Shown: positions 29,179 to 45,918, counted from the stretch's first letter. The stretch: 64,000 nt of DNA from Candidatus Poseidoniaceae archaeon (GCA_049606035.1 JBMYVD010000001.1:34244-98243); one strand, 5' to 3'. Numbers and translations are program-made. The notes: a model not told the origin generated them from the sequence alone.

Positions 29179-31227
29179 ATGATGTCAGAAGAGATTTGGG
29201 TAATTATCTCATTTCTCGTGTTCATGCTCTTATTTGCTGGAGTGGGAATGGCTAGTATCCGTGTAAAGAAGGATACAACTGACGATTATTTGGTAGCAGG
29301 TAGAGGAATGCACCCTGCTTTGGCAGCACTATCAGCGGTTTCAACATGGAACTCTGGTTACATGTTCATCGGATTTATTGGATTCATGTGGCTGATGGGG
29401 TATTCAGCAATTTGGATTTCTGTAATATCTACTATCGGCCAATTGGTTGCATGGATATGGCTATACAAATATATTCAGAAAGAAGGCAATGAGCGAAATA
29501 TTCGCTCGCTTTCATCATTAGTAGCTAACGTGAAAGGCGCACCCGAAGCGAAAATGGCTGCAATTTGTTCTGTCGCATTTTTGCTAATTTACGCTGGTGC
29601 TCAACTTTCAAGCGGAGGTAAGGCTCTCTTTGCAATGCTTGGCTGGGCAGAATGGGTTGGAATCATAATCGGATTCGTCCTTGTCGTAGCATACTGTTAC
29701 GCTGGTGGAATTCGTGCATCTATTTGGACAGACGCAGCCCAATCTTGTGTAATGATCGTCGGCTCAACACTGCTCTGCTACGTTGCTTTATCTGAAGTTG
29801 GATGGTTCTCAGGACTTCATTCATCACTTAACGGCATAGACCCTGCATTAACTTCGATAACCCCTCCAGATTTAGAACTAGGATTCAGCATGTGGGTTTT
29901 CGCTTTCTTTCTAGGAGGATTAGGAGTCGCCGGTCAACCACAGGTTGTTTCGAGAATTATGACTCTGGAATCTGAAGAAGACCGCAAGCAAGCATGCATC
30001 TGGTTCTTCGTGTGGCAAACACCTTTCTTAGCACTGATGATCTTCATCGGCCTAGCTTCTAGGGTAATCTTCCCTGAGTCTGGAAGTTTCGACCCAGAAC
30101 TTGCACTACCGCTCCTCGCCATGGACGTTTTAGGTCCGTTTTGGGTTGGTCTGATTCTTGCTTCAATTTTCGCTGCAACTATGTCTACCGCTGACTCTCA
30201 AGTTCTAGCATGCACTGCTGCAATTACCGATGATTTATTCCCCGAGTGGTCAACAAATCACAAGAAAACCAAGATCACGACTATGGTTATGGCATTCGTT
30301 GCAACGTGCCTATCGCTAGGTGCATACTTTACTGGCAACAACTCTGTCTTCTCTCTTGTAGTCCTAGCAGTTTATGGCCTAGGAGGAATGTTCATTCCGC
30401 TAATTATCGTTAGAATGTCAGGATTCAAACCATCGACTCAGCACTCTATGGTCATGATGACTGCAGCACTTGTTGCAGTGATTACATGGAGATTACTAGG
30501 TTTGAATGTACACATATTCGAATCCGTTCCAGGAATGGGTGCCGCATTCATTGCTCATTTTGTCATGGTTCTACAAAACCAAGACCCGTGGCTACAAAAA
30601 CTACCATCAAGGGATAAGTTAGCGACGTTGGGAGTTGGTATATTGGTCTTGATTATTCCAGTCGAATACTACTATGCAAACAATGCACCAACTTCGATGG
30701 CTTCATCATCTCCAGACCCAGACTCAATGTGGAACCTTTCGGTTGAATTTGACTATTCTTACGCTGAAACAACAATAGAAATTGATGATCAATCTTCTGA
30801 TACTTTCACTTTCGAAATTCCTGCTAATGTGGTTCAAGCCATTTTCGTGCTCAATTATACTGAAACCAACGAAGGTGGAGTCCCCACCACCCAAGAATGT
30901 GATAGTGTAGATTCACTTTATGACGCGTCAAAAGTGCCAGTAGAATTTACTGAATCCAATCTTGTGAATTTCTCCGGACAAGACTGTGGCAGTAATGCCC
31001 TTGGAGGAGTCAGCACTTGGAGTGGGTTCTCACAAACAGATTCCTATCAAAATCAAACCAATGCTCTAAACGCATTAACAATTGAAAAGAATGATGGGCA
31101 AATCTCGTTTACAGTAAGCGTAGAAGCGAACACTGGCAGTTTCTTAAATGGTGATGGAGGCGAAGAAATTACGATTTCAGTAACCTATACCACAGTTACC
31201 GATTACAATCTAACCAAGGCTGAATGA
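29179..31227 (+). CDS. Sodium:solute symporter (SSS family) with about 170-aa extracellular C-terminal extension
   Basis: 13+ TM helices, SSS-family composition (PutP/PanF-like N-terminus). Confidence 0.75.
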   Translation: MMSEEIWVIISFLVFMLLFAGVGMASIRVKKDTTDDYLVAGRGMHPALAALSAVSTWNSGYMFIGFIGFMWLMGYSAIWISVISTIGQLVAWIWLYKYIQKEGNERNIRSLSSLVANVKGAPEAKMAAICSVAFLLIYAGAQLSSGGKALFAMLGWAEWVGIIIGFVLVVAYCYAGGIRASIWTDAAQSCVMIVGSTLLCYVALSEVGWFSGLHSSLNGIDPALTSITPPDLELGFSMWVFAFFLGGLGVAGQPQVVSRIMTLESEEDRKQACIWFFVWQTPFLALMIFIGLASRVIFPESGSFDPELALPLLAMDVLGPFWVGLILASIFAATMSTADSQVLACTAAITDDLFPEWSTNHKKTKITTMVMAFVATCLSLGAYFTGNNSVFSLVVLAVYGLGGMFIPLIIVRMSGFKPSTQHSMVMMTAALVAVITWRLLGLNVHIFESVPGMGAAFIAHFVMVLQNQDPWLQKLPSRDKLATLGVGILVLIIPVEYYYANNAPTSMASSSPDPDSMWNLSVEFDYSYAETTIEIDDQSSDTFTFEIPANVVQAIFVLNYTETNEGGVPTTQECDSVDSLYDASKVPVEFTESNLVNFSGQDCGSNALGGVSTWSGFSQTDSYQNQTNALNALTIEKNDGQISFTVSVEANTGSFLNGDGGEEITISVTYTTVTDYNLTKAE

Positions 31228-32043
31228 CATACCTTCTTTGCCAACCTTCCAACCTAATTCGGTTACTGGCGTATCATCTCTACACAGTGGGTTTGTGTGG
31301 TTTAAGTGGATGAATACTACTTCGCCATCACCTTCTCTACGCTCACCTAACATCTGTAGAGTTTGCTCAACGGGAGGATGTGGAACTTTACTCTGGTCAC
31401 GATGTTTGAGTTCATCTGCACTGTAGAATGTACCATCTATGAGTGCAATATCTACCTCTAAATGGTTCAACCACGCTCTCAAATCATGACCTCGTAGTGT
31501 TTCTTGCCATGTATCATGGTCAGGTAAGAATAGCAGAGTTTTCTCTGCCTTGATTAGATATGCATGCATATCAGATAACTCATCTCTGTGAGGGACTTCG
31601 ATTGCTTCAACAATTACTCCAGGTAATTGATACACACTTGCCACTCTAGGGATGAAAACTCCATCCGAGAGTAAAGTGGACCAGTGGGGTGTTCTCTCGA
31701 TTAGATCGAGCATCATCTTTGAGCAATACAAATTGACGCCTTTGGCTGCCATGGTTTCTTTCCCAAACAAACCCAAACCGTCGACGTGACCAATGTGGGC
31801 ATGAGTAAGGAAAACTGATTCCACTGAATTACAGCCCCAAATTCTCAGTTGATCACCAAGATGGCGGGTCGCTTCGAAGAGATGTTTACCACCTTCTGCA
31901 TCTGTTAAACCGATTGATACCGGATACCTCTGTTCAAGGTCTGAACAGCAATCACAACCCACCTGAGGAACTCCTCCATCTTGAGCAGAACCCAAGAGAG
32001 TGACTTCCACCACGAAGACCAACCTCAGATCCGGCGAACCCAT
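31210..32043 (-). CDS. PqqB-like metallo-beta-lactamase-fold protein (start trimmed to MGSPDLR)
   Basis: [36 protein letters not shown], terminal GMSFSL resemble PqqB. Confidence 0.6.
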   Translation of the reverse strand: MGSPDLRLVFVVEVTLLGSAQDGGVPQVGCDCCSDLEQRYPVSIGLTDAEGGKHLFEATRHLGDQLRIWGCNSVESVFLTHAHIGHVDGLGLFGKETMAAKGVNLYCSKMMLDLIERTPHWSTLLSDGVFIPRVASVYQLPGVIVEAIEVPHRDELSDMHAYLIKAEKTLLFLPDHDTWQETLRGHDLRAWLNHLEVDIALIDGTFYSADELKHRDQSKVPHPPVEQTLQMLGERREGDGEVVFIHLNHTNPLCRDDTPVTELGWKVGKEGMSFSLG

Positions 32044-35000
32044 TGACGGGTCGTTGGGTCTCGAGTATACCAAGCACCGCTTGAAGCAGGGTACTCCAAC
32101 CACTCATTTCCATCGCTTCGAATCGAGCCAACCTCGTACATTGTTGGCCCTGTCGGTGCAGCAGGTTGAGGCATAACAGCCTGATTACCTGGTAGCATTG
32201 CAGGGTCTGGAGAAGCCGCTTGCACAACAGGTTGAACACTTGGTTGCTGATATTGTGAATAATCAGGCTGAGCATTCATGTTTGGCATAGCAGGTTGGGC
32301 GTACATGTTAGGCATGGCTGGTTGGGCATTCATGTTAGGCATAGCAGGTTGAGATACTGCTCCTGCCAAGTTGATACCAGCGTCCCAATCCTTATCCTCT
32401 CCCTTTCCTCTTACCCTTGAGATAACCAAAGCGAGGACAATCAATGCTAGAATAACGCCGACAGATATGCCTCCGTATTTGAGAATACTTCCACTCGATT
32501 CTTCGATTACAGCTTCACAGCCGTTTTCCTTTGCAACGCCAGCAATCTCGGGGCATTCATCAGCATTCTTACCAACCGGGTTATCTCCAAATCCGTCCAT
32601 ATCTGTATCATTCCATTGACTGGATTCTTCAGGGAATGCATCAATAATATCGGCCCAGCCATCGTTATCTGTATCTACACATCCAAGAACATCTCCTTTG
32701 AATGAGAATCCTGTTTCATCAGGGCATGAATCTGGACTTGTTCCATCAGGGTTGTCTCCATATCCATCGCTGTCACTGTCTGCCCACTGAGTTGGGTCAA
32801 TCGGTTTCCAATCTGTACCCACTTCTGGGTCACCCCAACCGTCTCCATCATAGTCCGGGCAACCAACAACATCGATTGTTGAGTTTCCGTTTACAAGAGG
32901 ACAGTCATCATTTCCGTCTGCGATTCCGTCTTTATCTGTGTCAAGATATTCATCTGGATCCGAAGGGAATGCATCCATAAAGTCAGCCCAGCCATCACTA
33001 TCGCTGTCTGGACATCCGAGGATATCTTCTTGCCATGAGTCTCCTGGCAATGTTGGACATGCATCTTGATCTCTTGCGTACTGATAGTATTCACCGGGCC
33101 AGTTTTCATTTCTTTCAGTCCAAGAAAGGTTTCCGTAATTATCACCAAAACCGTCTTCATCCCAATCTGACCATTGTGTATTATCTGTTGGGAAAGCATC
33201 CGCACCGTCTTCTATTGTCCAATCATCATCTGCAGCGGAATATCCATCATTATCTGTATCTGGGCAGCCATACCTATCCAATACAGATGTTCCTGGAATA
33301 GAGATACAATCATCAGGAGTATTCCCCTCAGGGTTGTCACCATATCCATCCCCGTCTTCATCACTCCATTGAGTAGAATCTGCGGGAAGGTCATCGATGG
33401 AATCGGCCCAACCGTCACCATCGCCATCAGGACATGCCAAAAGACCACCCAGTGTTGAGTTTCCTGACTCTTGTGGGCATGAGTCCTCTAGGTCAGCATA
33501 TCCATCACTATCTGAATCAACACATCCTGTGTATGAACCTAGGTCGGAAGTACCTGCAACCTTGTTACAATCGTCTTCTGCATCGTTAAATCCATCTCCA
33601 TCATCATCTGAATCTTCATCGGCGTCTCTACAACCATCGCCATCGATATCATTTGATGAATCTGAAGTCCACCAATTTCTTGGAGGGGTGTACGAACTTA
33701 GGCAACCGTCATCTTCATCTTCAACTCCGTCATTGTCATCATCGGTATCTTCGCTTGAATCTTTGCAACCATCATTGTCGAAATCTGTGGTTGAATCGCT
33801 AGTCCAATTCCATGCACCACCTCTCGGGCAATCATCACCTGAGTTGTCAGTTATTCCATCATTATCATCGTCATTGTCACACTCATCGCCTGCTCCATCC
33901 AAATCTGAATCTGTTTGAAGTGGATTATTGGTGTTAGGGCAATTATCCTCAATGTCGATAACACCGTCGTTATCTGAATCCGCGTTGTTTATAGGGTCAA
34001 GGGACCAAATAACCAAATCCAATCCTGCACTGCTAGTTACAGATTGTGTTCCTTTGTTAATTGTTGATTGGAACGAGCCAAAGGCATACGGAATGTCGGT
34101 ATCATTGACCGTTAGGTCAGCAAAGAGGTCATCGGCTGTACTTCCTAAGTTTTCGACCCAATCCCAATCACCATTTGCAGTTAATTTAGCCATGTAGAGG
34201 TCAAGTCCACCATTAGATGTTGCATAATTAACTCCGAAATCTGCAGAACCTGATATTAATCCTCCCACCATTATGTCATCGTTTGAGGTTACTTCAACAG
34301 CATATGCTCTTTCTGTAGAGGCGCTACTACCTGCACTCACAGCCCAATCTGTTTGACCGTTGTTTGCAACTTTAACAACATAAGCGTCGCCATTACCCTT
34401 GTCTGTTAGTGTGTTTTGATTACCTGCATCCATCGAACCAAGGAACACACCACTGACGATTATATCGTCATTAGAGTTGATAGTGATATCTTCAGGGAGG
34501 TTGATCTCTCCTGCAGCGCCAACAAACCCTTTGACACTTTGAACCACTCCGCCCTGACTCCACTTCACTAGGATTGTGTCAGCCTGACTAAGAGCTTGAT
34601 GCGTTTTCCCATTTGCTGAAAATGTACCAGATGTTGTTCCTGTTTGCCAGATGTTACCGTATGAATCAACTACAACTCCTGATGAACGGTCATCACCGAT
34701 TCCACCCGCAGTAGAGACTGAGTTTGTTGTTCCAGAATTTGTATTAAAAATTCCCATAAACATCTCATTATCTGAACTAGTATGAGTTATTCCACCAAAA
34801 TCTGTTGGTCCTTGATGCGTCCCAACTACGACTAAATTTCCTGAAATTGGGTCAAAATCAATACCCGTAACAATGCTATTGTTGGAATCATTATTGGTTG
34901 CAGTACTGAATGAAGTTGCCCACAACCATTGGCCACTGGCGTCGAGTTTTGCTATGAAACCATCAAAATTTTGAGATTGTAATACTGGTGAATTTGATGA

Positions 35001-35444
35001 TGAGCCAAAGACTACCTGACCGAATACCGTTCCGCCAATGTAGATATCTCCGGCCAAATCGGTTGTCATGTCATTTATCAAGGTCAAGCCTTGAGTGGCA
35101 GAAGGCATTACTGCCCATTGCCAATTCCCTTGCTCATCAACCATAGCGACATATGAATCAGCATCCAAAAATTGGTTGTAACCTGATGTTGCTTGTAACT
35201 GAATTCCACCAAAATTTAGATTGTTTCTTGTATCACCTGCAACGACTATCCCTTGAGGGGTCCATTCAATCTCTGACCCATTTACGTGGCCTGTAGCTGA
35301 ACCTGCAGAAATGAGTAATTCTGGTTCAGAATCAGCAAAAAGCACTTTGTTAGATTCAGAAAGTTCACTGTAATCGGAAACCGCAAATATGCTGCTTAGG
35401 AAAATTGCTACTATCATCACGGATATGAAGCCACGCTTGCCCAT
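32025..35444 (-). CDS. Giant surface protein (see finding 32025..32420 for domain architecture)
   Basis: N-terminal signal/TM; GD.Y..K....G...W beta-propeller repeats; DxDxDGxxDxxDxCP repeats; [20 protein letters not shown]. Confidence 0.75.
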   Translation of the reverse strand: MGKRGFISVMIVAIFLSSIFAVSDYSELSESNKVLFADSEPELLISAGSATGHVNGSEIEWTPQGIVVAGDTRNNLNFGGIQLQATSGYNQFLDADSYVAMVDEQGNWQWAVMPSATQGLTLINDMTTDLAGDIYIGGTVFGQVVFGSSSNSPVLQSQNFDGFIAKLDASGQWLWATSFSTATNNDSNNSIVTGIDFDPISGNLVVVGTHQGPTDFGGITHTSSDNEMFMGIFNTNSGTTNSVSTAGGIGDDRSSGVVVDSYGNIWQTGTTSGTFSANGKTHQALSQADTILVKWSQGGVVQSVKGFVGAAGEINLPEDITINSNDDIIVSGVFLGSMDAGNQNTLTDKGNGDAYVVKVANNGQTDWAVSAGSSASTERAYAVEVTSNDDIMVGGLISGSADFGVNYATSNGGLDLYMAKLTANGDWDWVENLGSTADDLFADLTVNDTDIPYAFGSFQSTINKGTQSVTSSAGLDLVIWSLDPINNADSDNDGVIDIEDNCPNTNNPLQTDSDLDGAGDECDNDDDNDGITDNSGDDCPRGGAWNWTSDSTTDFDNDGCKDSSEDTDDDNDGVEDEDDGCLSSYTPPRNWWTSDSSNDIDGDGCRDADEDSDDDGDGFNDAEDDCNKVAGTSDLGSYTGCVDSDSDGYADLEDSCPQESGNSTLGGLLACPDGDGDGWADSIDDLPADSTQWSDEDGDGYGDNPEGNTPDDCISIPGTSVLDRYGCPDTDNDGYSAADDDWTIEDGADAFPTDNTQWSDWDEDGFGDNYGNLSWTERNENWPGEYYQYARDQDACPTLPGDSWQEDILGCPDSDSDGWADFMDAFPSDPDEYLDTDKDGIADGNDDCPLVNGNSTIDVVGCPDYDGDGWGDPEVGTDWKPIDPTQWADSDSDGYGDNPDGTSPDSCPDETGFSFKGDVLGCVDTDNDGWADIIDAFPEESSQWNDTDMDGFGDNPVGKNADECPEIAGVAKENGCEAVIEESSGSILKYGGISVGVILALIVLALVISRVRGKGEDKDWDAGINLAGAVSQPAMPNMNAQPAMPNMYAQPAMPNMNAQPDYSQYQQPSVQPVVQAASPDPAMLPGNQAVMPQPAAPTGPTMYEVGSIRSDGNEWLEYPASSGAWYTRDPTTRQWVRRI
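32272..32355. repeat. About 27-bp tandem repeat (3-4 copies) inside the tail-coding region, encoding AQPAMPNM(N/Y)
   Basis: catgtt(t/a)ggcat(a/g)gc(a/t)ggttgggc repeated; seen directly. Confidence 0.6.
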
Positions 35445-35481
35445 GGTTTCCCCTCATCTGTAAAGGTGATGAATGCTTTGC

Positions 35482-36366
35482 TTATCGGTTCAAATGAAGG
35501 GTCGATGAAACTCCGTCAAAAATCCAGTAATTACCGCTTATGTCTTGGCCTTTATGCGCAGGAATTAACACTTCATGAGTGTCGATTTTTTGTGAACTAG
35601 AATCAAATTTCCACCAATGTAGTAAGTCACCCATTCCTTCAGAATGTGGTCGTCTTTGTGAAAGGATTTCTGAGAAATCGGGATTTTCAACAATTTCCAA
35701 GATTTCCTGATTTAGCATTGGTGAGCGTTCTAATATCTCTACTGATTCTAGAATATGGAAACCTCCGCAGTTCAATAACCAACATTCTATTTCTTCAATT
35801 GCTGGCCCTTTTAACAAACCTGTGACCTTGTGTAGTTTTGCAGGTATCAGAACTGGTTTTGCCATCGAAATATCAAGACCCTTCGATTCGAGGATTGAAA
35901 AATCATTCATCGGTTTCAAGACGAACGGACCGTGGCCTGAGAACATGTCGATTTCTTCCTCTTCAACATTCTCTGTTTCTTCTTCAATTATACTCAATCT
36001 CCCGTCAATCACGGCATGACCAATGAATGCAGCAAAATCGTCCAATTGCCATAATTTCAGCAATCTACCAGTTCTTGAAGGTAGATCAATGAGGTCAAAG
36101 TTGACCTTTCTTTCAGCAATCACAAGATGGCTTCCTCTTGGGGCGTCAAATAGCCATGATTCCACTCCAGCTATGTCAAGGGGTGCAAAACCCTGACCAG
36201 TAGTCCACAATTCCATGCCTTCGCTTAGTCCTAGGTTATGCTGTTCGGGCGAGACGTCGTAGACTCTTCCAAGCCAAGTAATTACACCTGGTTCCGTAAC
36301 CGGTGGTGAGCCTGCATCAATGCTGACGCCCAAGCGTCTCAGAACAGCGACTAGATCGAGGCCCAC
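35482..36366 (-). CDS. Hypothetical protein (294 aa) in the NusA slot of the rpo operon but not NusA-like
   Basis: ORF track; no recognisable motif. Confidence 0.4.
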   Translation of the reverse strand: MGLDLVAVLRRLGVSIDAGSPPVTEPGVITWLGRVYDVSPEQHNLGLSEGMELWTTGQGFAPLDIAGVESWLFDAPRGSHLVIAERKVNFDLIDLPSRTGRLLKLWQLDDFAAFIGHAVIDGRLSIIEEETENVEEEEIDMFSGHGPFVLKPMNDFSILESKGLDISMAKPVLIPAKLHKVTGLLKGPAIEEIECWLLNCGGFHILESVEILERSPMLNQEILEIVENPDFSEILSQRRPHSEGMGDLLHWWKFDSSSQKIDTHEVLIPAHKGQDISGNYWIFDGVSSTLHLNR

Positions 36367-36395
36367 AGCCGGACTAGATTGAAGCCGTCTTTAAT

Positions 36396-36695
36396 TCACT
36401 CTATGTTTCCACTCAATGTTAGCAAGTCGGATTCACCTGCATCGATGACTGTAATAGTCGAGATGCTGAATGGCTTTCCGGATGCCACACCAAGGTCTCT
36501 GTTAACCAAAACGGTGCGATGCATTGTTACTTCAGGGTGTTTTGCTGCCAAGTCGTCAATGTAATCTTGAGGGCAGTTTGCCGCCAGAATTACGCACTTT
36601 GCTTCTCCTCTTGCACATGCATCGATTGCTTGGCGTTGTCCAAACAATAGTTTTCCAGATGTACTTGCAATCTTTAGTTGTCTACTTATATCCAT
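36396..36695 (-). CDS. rpl30e: Ribosomal protein L30e
   Basis: About 99 aa; position downstream of rpoA''; GKLLFGQRQAIDACARGEAKCVILAANCP. Confidence 0.85.
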   Translation of the reverse strand: MDISRQLKIASTSGKLLFGQRQAIDACARGEAKCVILAANCPQDYIDDLAAKHPEVTMHRTVLVNRDLGVASGKPFSISTITVIDAGESDLLTLSGNIE

Positions 36696-36734
36696 TTTTC
36701 ATTCCTCCACATTTTTGCTTCTCAATGTTGACTT

Positions 36735-41499
<4,765 letters not shown>

Positions 41500-41503
<4 letters not shown>

Positions 41504-44500
41504 CTGCGGTCCTCCAGTTCTAGGCGCATTGCAACTCCGAGACTCTTCATCTCGTCAAGTAGCAACTTGAATGCGTATGAGGTTTGTACCTTGTACACCT
41601 CCGCTCCGTCGCCGTGTATCGGCGACACGTATGTTCTTCGTTTTGGATCGTACCAAGCAATGTGTCCAGATTGGGCACATACGAATAGGTCGATTCCGTC
41701 AGATTCGTCAAGGAGTCTGTCCTTGATAACCATTGAAGCACCGTGTGCAATCAGACAATCACGCTCCATTTCTCCGAATCTCAGACCACCTTGTCGAGCA
41801 CGTCCTTCTGTCGGCTGACGGGTTAGAATCTGTACACGACCACGGCTTCTTGCGTGGATCTTTCCAGATACCATGTGGTGTAGCTTCTGGTAGTAGATAC
41901 AACCAACGAAGATTTCAGCTGGGTATGTTTCTCCTGTTTCTCCATTGACCATGACTTCTCTACCAGTGTGTGCATATCCATTGCGAACAAGGCTGTCACG
42001 CAGGCTGCCTTCCTTTTCTCCTCTGAAAGCAGTACCATCGATTCTTCGTCCTTCGAGAGAACCGACTTTTCCTCCAATCATTTCCAGAACGTGAGCAACT
42101 GTCATTCTTGAAGGAATAGCGTGTGGGTTGATGATTAGGTCAGGAACTACACCGTCACGAGTGAACGGCATATCTTCAGCATCAACTAGGCGACCGATGA
42201 CTCCCTTCTGTCCGTGGCGAGATGCGAATTTGTCTCCAACTTCGGGGACCTTGTGTGATCTAACCATACATCTAACCAGTCTACCAGAGTCTAGAGACTC
42301 AGTGACATAGACGTTGTCGACCCATCCCTTTTCACCATGTCGAACTGGCATGGATGATTCACGGCGTTCTTGTGCTTGCAGGAAAGCACCTGCACCAGTT
42401 TCCTCCAAGAATCTTGGAGGGCTTGTCTTACCGACGAGTACATCTCCACCTTCGAGGTATTTCTCAGGATGAGGTAGACCGTCAGATTCCAAGTGGTCAT
42501 ATGCTCCAACAGGCTTCAATCCCTTGACTTCTTCTAGACCTGTACCTGGAATTTCAATTTCTTCTACTTGTCCACCAGGGAATCTTCTGCGCTCTGCGTT
42601 GTAGGTTCTGTTGAAAGTAGAGCGCCCAAGTGCACGCTGTACACTGGAGCGATTCATGATTACAGCGTCTTGCATGTTGTAGCCGTGAAGGCTCATGACG
42701 GCAACGATGAAGTTCTGACCACCAGGCCTGCTGTCGAACTTTGTAGTGTCCATTGCCTGTGTGTAGGTGATGGAGCGCTGTGGGTAGTGCAAGATGTGCA
42801 ATCTTGTATCAGGTCTTAGCCTGTAGTTTGAACTTGGCAAACCAAGTGATTGCTTTACCATTGCAGTACCACCGGTAACACGTGGCGTTGAGTTGTGTTC
42901 CGGGTATGGAATCAATGAAGCACATACACCTAGTACGAGTTGTGGGTCAATCTCACAGTGAGTGTGTTCTTGAGTGTACAGTAGTGGTACGTTGAAGATT
43001 GCGTCAGCCTTCTCTCCGTTTGGCATTGTAACTCTGGCTTGCAGGTTAGCTTCCTCAGCACCTGGCTCACCAAGATTTAACCATGTTACTGCAGAGTGAC
43101 TTACTGGTCTGCCAGCGTATTCGTTTCCTTCAGGAACTACTTCAGGAAGAACGAACGGCCTTGGAGCGATGTAAAGGTCTTCTTCTTCTTCGGCATCGAT
43201 CCACTCAACAACACCTTCGTTGACCAGGTCCTTGAATGTCAGTTCTCCCGAACTTACCATTTCCAAGTGCTTTTGAGTTAATCTTGGTGCACCATCGTAT
43301 AGAATCAATACTGGACGTAGGATTCTTCCCTTGTCGGTATTGATGAATATGTCTTTGTTGACATTGTCGTATCTGATGGATACTTCAGGTCTGATTGCCC
43401 CGCGTCTTCGAGCATTCTTGAATTGAGTAACCAAATTCTTTCCACGCTTGTGTACACCATAGATGTCACCGTTCACGTGAATCCTGTCACCATCTGTCCA
43501 GTCATCTGGTTGGAATACATCCATTTCGTCAAGGCGAGTTCTGATTTCATCCTCGGGAACAGCTTCAGAGATGTCAATCATCTGTGCAGCGTTCTTTACA
43601 AGACCACAGTTCTGACCTTCAGGGGTCTCGTTTGGACATAGACGACCCCATTGAGTGGGGTGCAGGTCACGTGCTTCGAAGTGAGGCTGGCTGCGAACTA
43701 GCGGGCTCGTAACACGGCGCATGTGAGATAGTGCAGAAAGGAAGGTTGTCCTATCCAACAACTGGCTAACACCAGATCTTCCACCGACCCAGTTGCCGGT
43801 CGCAAGAGCGTGCATGATTTTGCTTGTCAAAACGTCAGGTCTCAAACAAGATGTGATCTTTAGTTCACGCTTTCTGTTGTGGTGCCTCTCAAGTTGGTAC
43901 TTCAGGTCACGTGCAAGTTGCCCCATGGATACACGGAACAAATCTTCAACAAGGTCGCCAGCAAGGCGAACACGCTTGTTTGCGTAGTGGTCCTTGTCGT
44001 TTGGCTTCCTGCTTGTGATTGCCATCTCCAATACCTGGCGTACAATTCTTCCAAGGAAGATTGCTTTCTTCTTTCTATCCTCGACTTGATCGCCCAAGTG
44101 AGGTAGAAGTTCACGGTCTAGGAGTTGGTTAACTCTAGCTTCACGATATTCTTTCTGCTGGCCTGCAGCGAATTTCTTCTCTAACCAGCCGTGTGCTTCA
44201 TCCATTGAATCAACAGCGTATTCTTCGTTGTCTTTCACTTCGTTAATGTTAGCAACGATGAATTTGAAAGTCTCCGTTGGACCTGCAATCGCTTGGAACA
44301 GTTCCTGGTCATTCTCGATTCCAAGTGCGCGCATTAGTAATACTACAGGAATTGCAGTTGTACCAGCGGTACTAATCTTGACCATCAGCATACCGTCACG
44401 GCGCTTCTCGACTGTTAGCGGCTTTCTCATACCGTCCTTTTGTGAGAAAATCTTTGCAACCTCGGTCTTCTTTGCGTATCTCTTGTTGATTTCAACAGTA

Positions 44501-45111
44501 ACACGGTTAGGAGCAAGGTCTTCCATAGAGATTAGTACTCTCTCAGTACCGTTGATGATGAAATAGCCTCCAGGGTCTAGTGGGTCTTCGCCCTTTTGGC
44601 GAAGCAACTCTTCCCACATCTTTCTGTCTTCATCGGAGGTTGTTGGGTGTAGCACACGGTCACCTGCGATGTGATTTGCGTGCAAATTACATCTGCGGCT
44701 GCGAACCATGATTGGCATGTTTCCAACCTGAACTCCTTTTTCTGGTTGTGTCGGCACACCATTTCTGAATATTGTGAAATCCATCTTTACTGGAGACATG
44801 TATGTCAACTTGCGTAGGCGGCATTCCATTGGCTGTGAAGGGTGGTCACTTCCATCAGCTTCACGGATAGTTGGCTCGCCAAGTTGAATGTTCTTGACGC
44901 GGATGATTATGTCTTGGTCGATTACGTCGAGTTTGATTAAACCGCCCTTGTCGTCTTCGACTTCTTCATCGGTACCGACTCTGATACTTCTAACGATTTT
45001 CTCCATTCGAGACAGGGAATTGTCACCAGACGGGATACAGTCATCGTATGATGCTAGTTGGTGGTTAACTAGGCTTCTTTCTCGGAAAAATGATTCAATA
45101 ATCTCTTTCAT
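41500..45111 (-). CDS. rpoB: RNA polymerase subunit B (unsplit, 1203 aa)
   Basis: Full-length Rpb2 homolog; C-terminal zinc ribbon; order rpoH-rpoB-rpoA'-rpoA''. Confidence 0.95.
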
Positions 45112-45125
45112 GGTATCACCTCAGC

Positions 45126-45755
45126 TCAGTTGCCCTCCACGATTAGTCTGTAAGCAACCGAAACACCAGCGGATGGTGAAGGTCTTACTACCTTGAGAAC
45201 ACGGTCTGCAAGCCATCCTGCGGGTAGAGGAATGTGCTCTTCATCGTCTGTTGACGCTGAGTCATGTGCTCTTTCAGTGGTTTCCTTAATCACTTGAACA
45301 ACTGGATCGGTAATCAGAATCTTTGGAAGAAGTTCCTTAGCAAGCCTTGACTCACCGGTTTCTGAATCGGTTGTCAATAGACCCCAAGGAGCGAGTTCTT
45401 CTTCCTCACTCTCAACTGGTACTAGTTCCTGGTGAGGTACAAGAACGTGGTTCAGAACGTTGAACTTGGTACCTGCCAAGTCCATGTCATCGTCATCGAG
45501 TGCTTTTCTTGAAATAGTGATTTTTCGGCTTCTTCGCTTCTGTCTGCGCTGACCTAGTTCTGCAAGGGCATTCATTGCGCCGGTGAAAATTTCATCGTCT
45601 TTTGAGACACCGAGAACTGACGCAATCTCGTCGGCCGGCATGGCCTTGATATCTGTCATGTTTCGGTCTGTTGCAAGTTTGTGAGCATATTCTTCTGCTA
45701 TGCCCATTTCCATCAAACGCTTCTTAGTTGCCGACTTTACTACCAAAAAAAACAC
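45126..45755 (-). CDS. rpoH: RNA polymerase subunit H (Rpb5-like C-terminal domain) with about 120-aa N-terminal extension paralogous to the RpoA'' N-terminus
   Basis: C-terminal HVLVPHQEL..LPKILITDPVVQ..VLKVVRPSPSAGVSVAYRLIV; N-terminal [23 protein letters not shown]. Confidence 0.8.
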   Translation of the reverse strand: MFFLVVKSATKKRLMEMGIAEEYAHKLATDRNMTDIKAMPADEIASVLGVSKDDEIFTGAMNALAELGQRRQKRRSRKITISRKALDDDDMDLAGTKFNVLNHVLVPHQELVPVESEEEELAPWGLLTTDSETGESRLAKELLPKILITDPVVQVIKETTERAHDSASTDDEEHIPLPAGWLADRVLKVVRPSPSAGVSVAYRLIVEGN

Positions 45756-45797
45756 ACCCCGCTTTGCCCTAATACACCAGGCCGGTATCTTGTCAGG

Positions 45798-45871
45798 CGG
45801 GCCTGACGGGGTTCGAACCCGCGACCGTCCGGTTAAAAGCCGGACGCTCTACCTGACTAAGCTACAGGCCC
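45798..45871 (-). tRNA. tRNA-Lys (anticodon UUU)
   Basis: Manual fold: acceptor GGGCCTG/CAGGCCC, anticodon stem TCCGG/CCGGA with loop CTTTTAA, T-loop TTCGAAC; CCA not encoded. Confidence 0.8.
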
Positions 45872-45910
45872 AAATGTATGTGTTGGGCTTCTTGGCCGAC
45901 CTGTATGGGG

Positions 45911-45918
45911 TTTTTAAA
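45911..45918 (-). promoter_or_regulatory. TATA-like box TTTAAAAA about 40 nt upstream of the tRNA-Lys 5' end (candidate promoter for the tRNA-rpoH transcript)
   Basis: Seen directly; AT-rich element in otherwise GC-balanced spacer. Confidence 0.3.

Noticed and set aside
32272-32355. 27-bp direct repeats as a possible CRISPR or other non-coding array
   Set aside because: The repeats are contiguous (no spacers) and in frame within the tail-coding region. They encode a peptide repeat.
33397-33918. 173-aa Ser/Pro-rich ORF on the plus strand
   Set aside because: It lies antisense to the TSP3 calcium-binding repeat region of the 1139-aa surface protein. The low complexity is a mirror of the Asp-rich repeats and not an independent gene.
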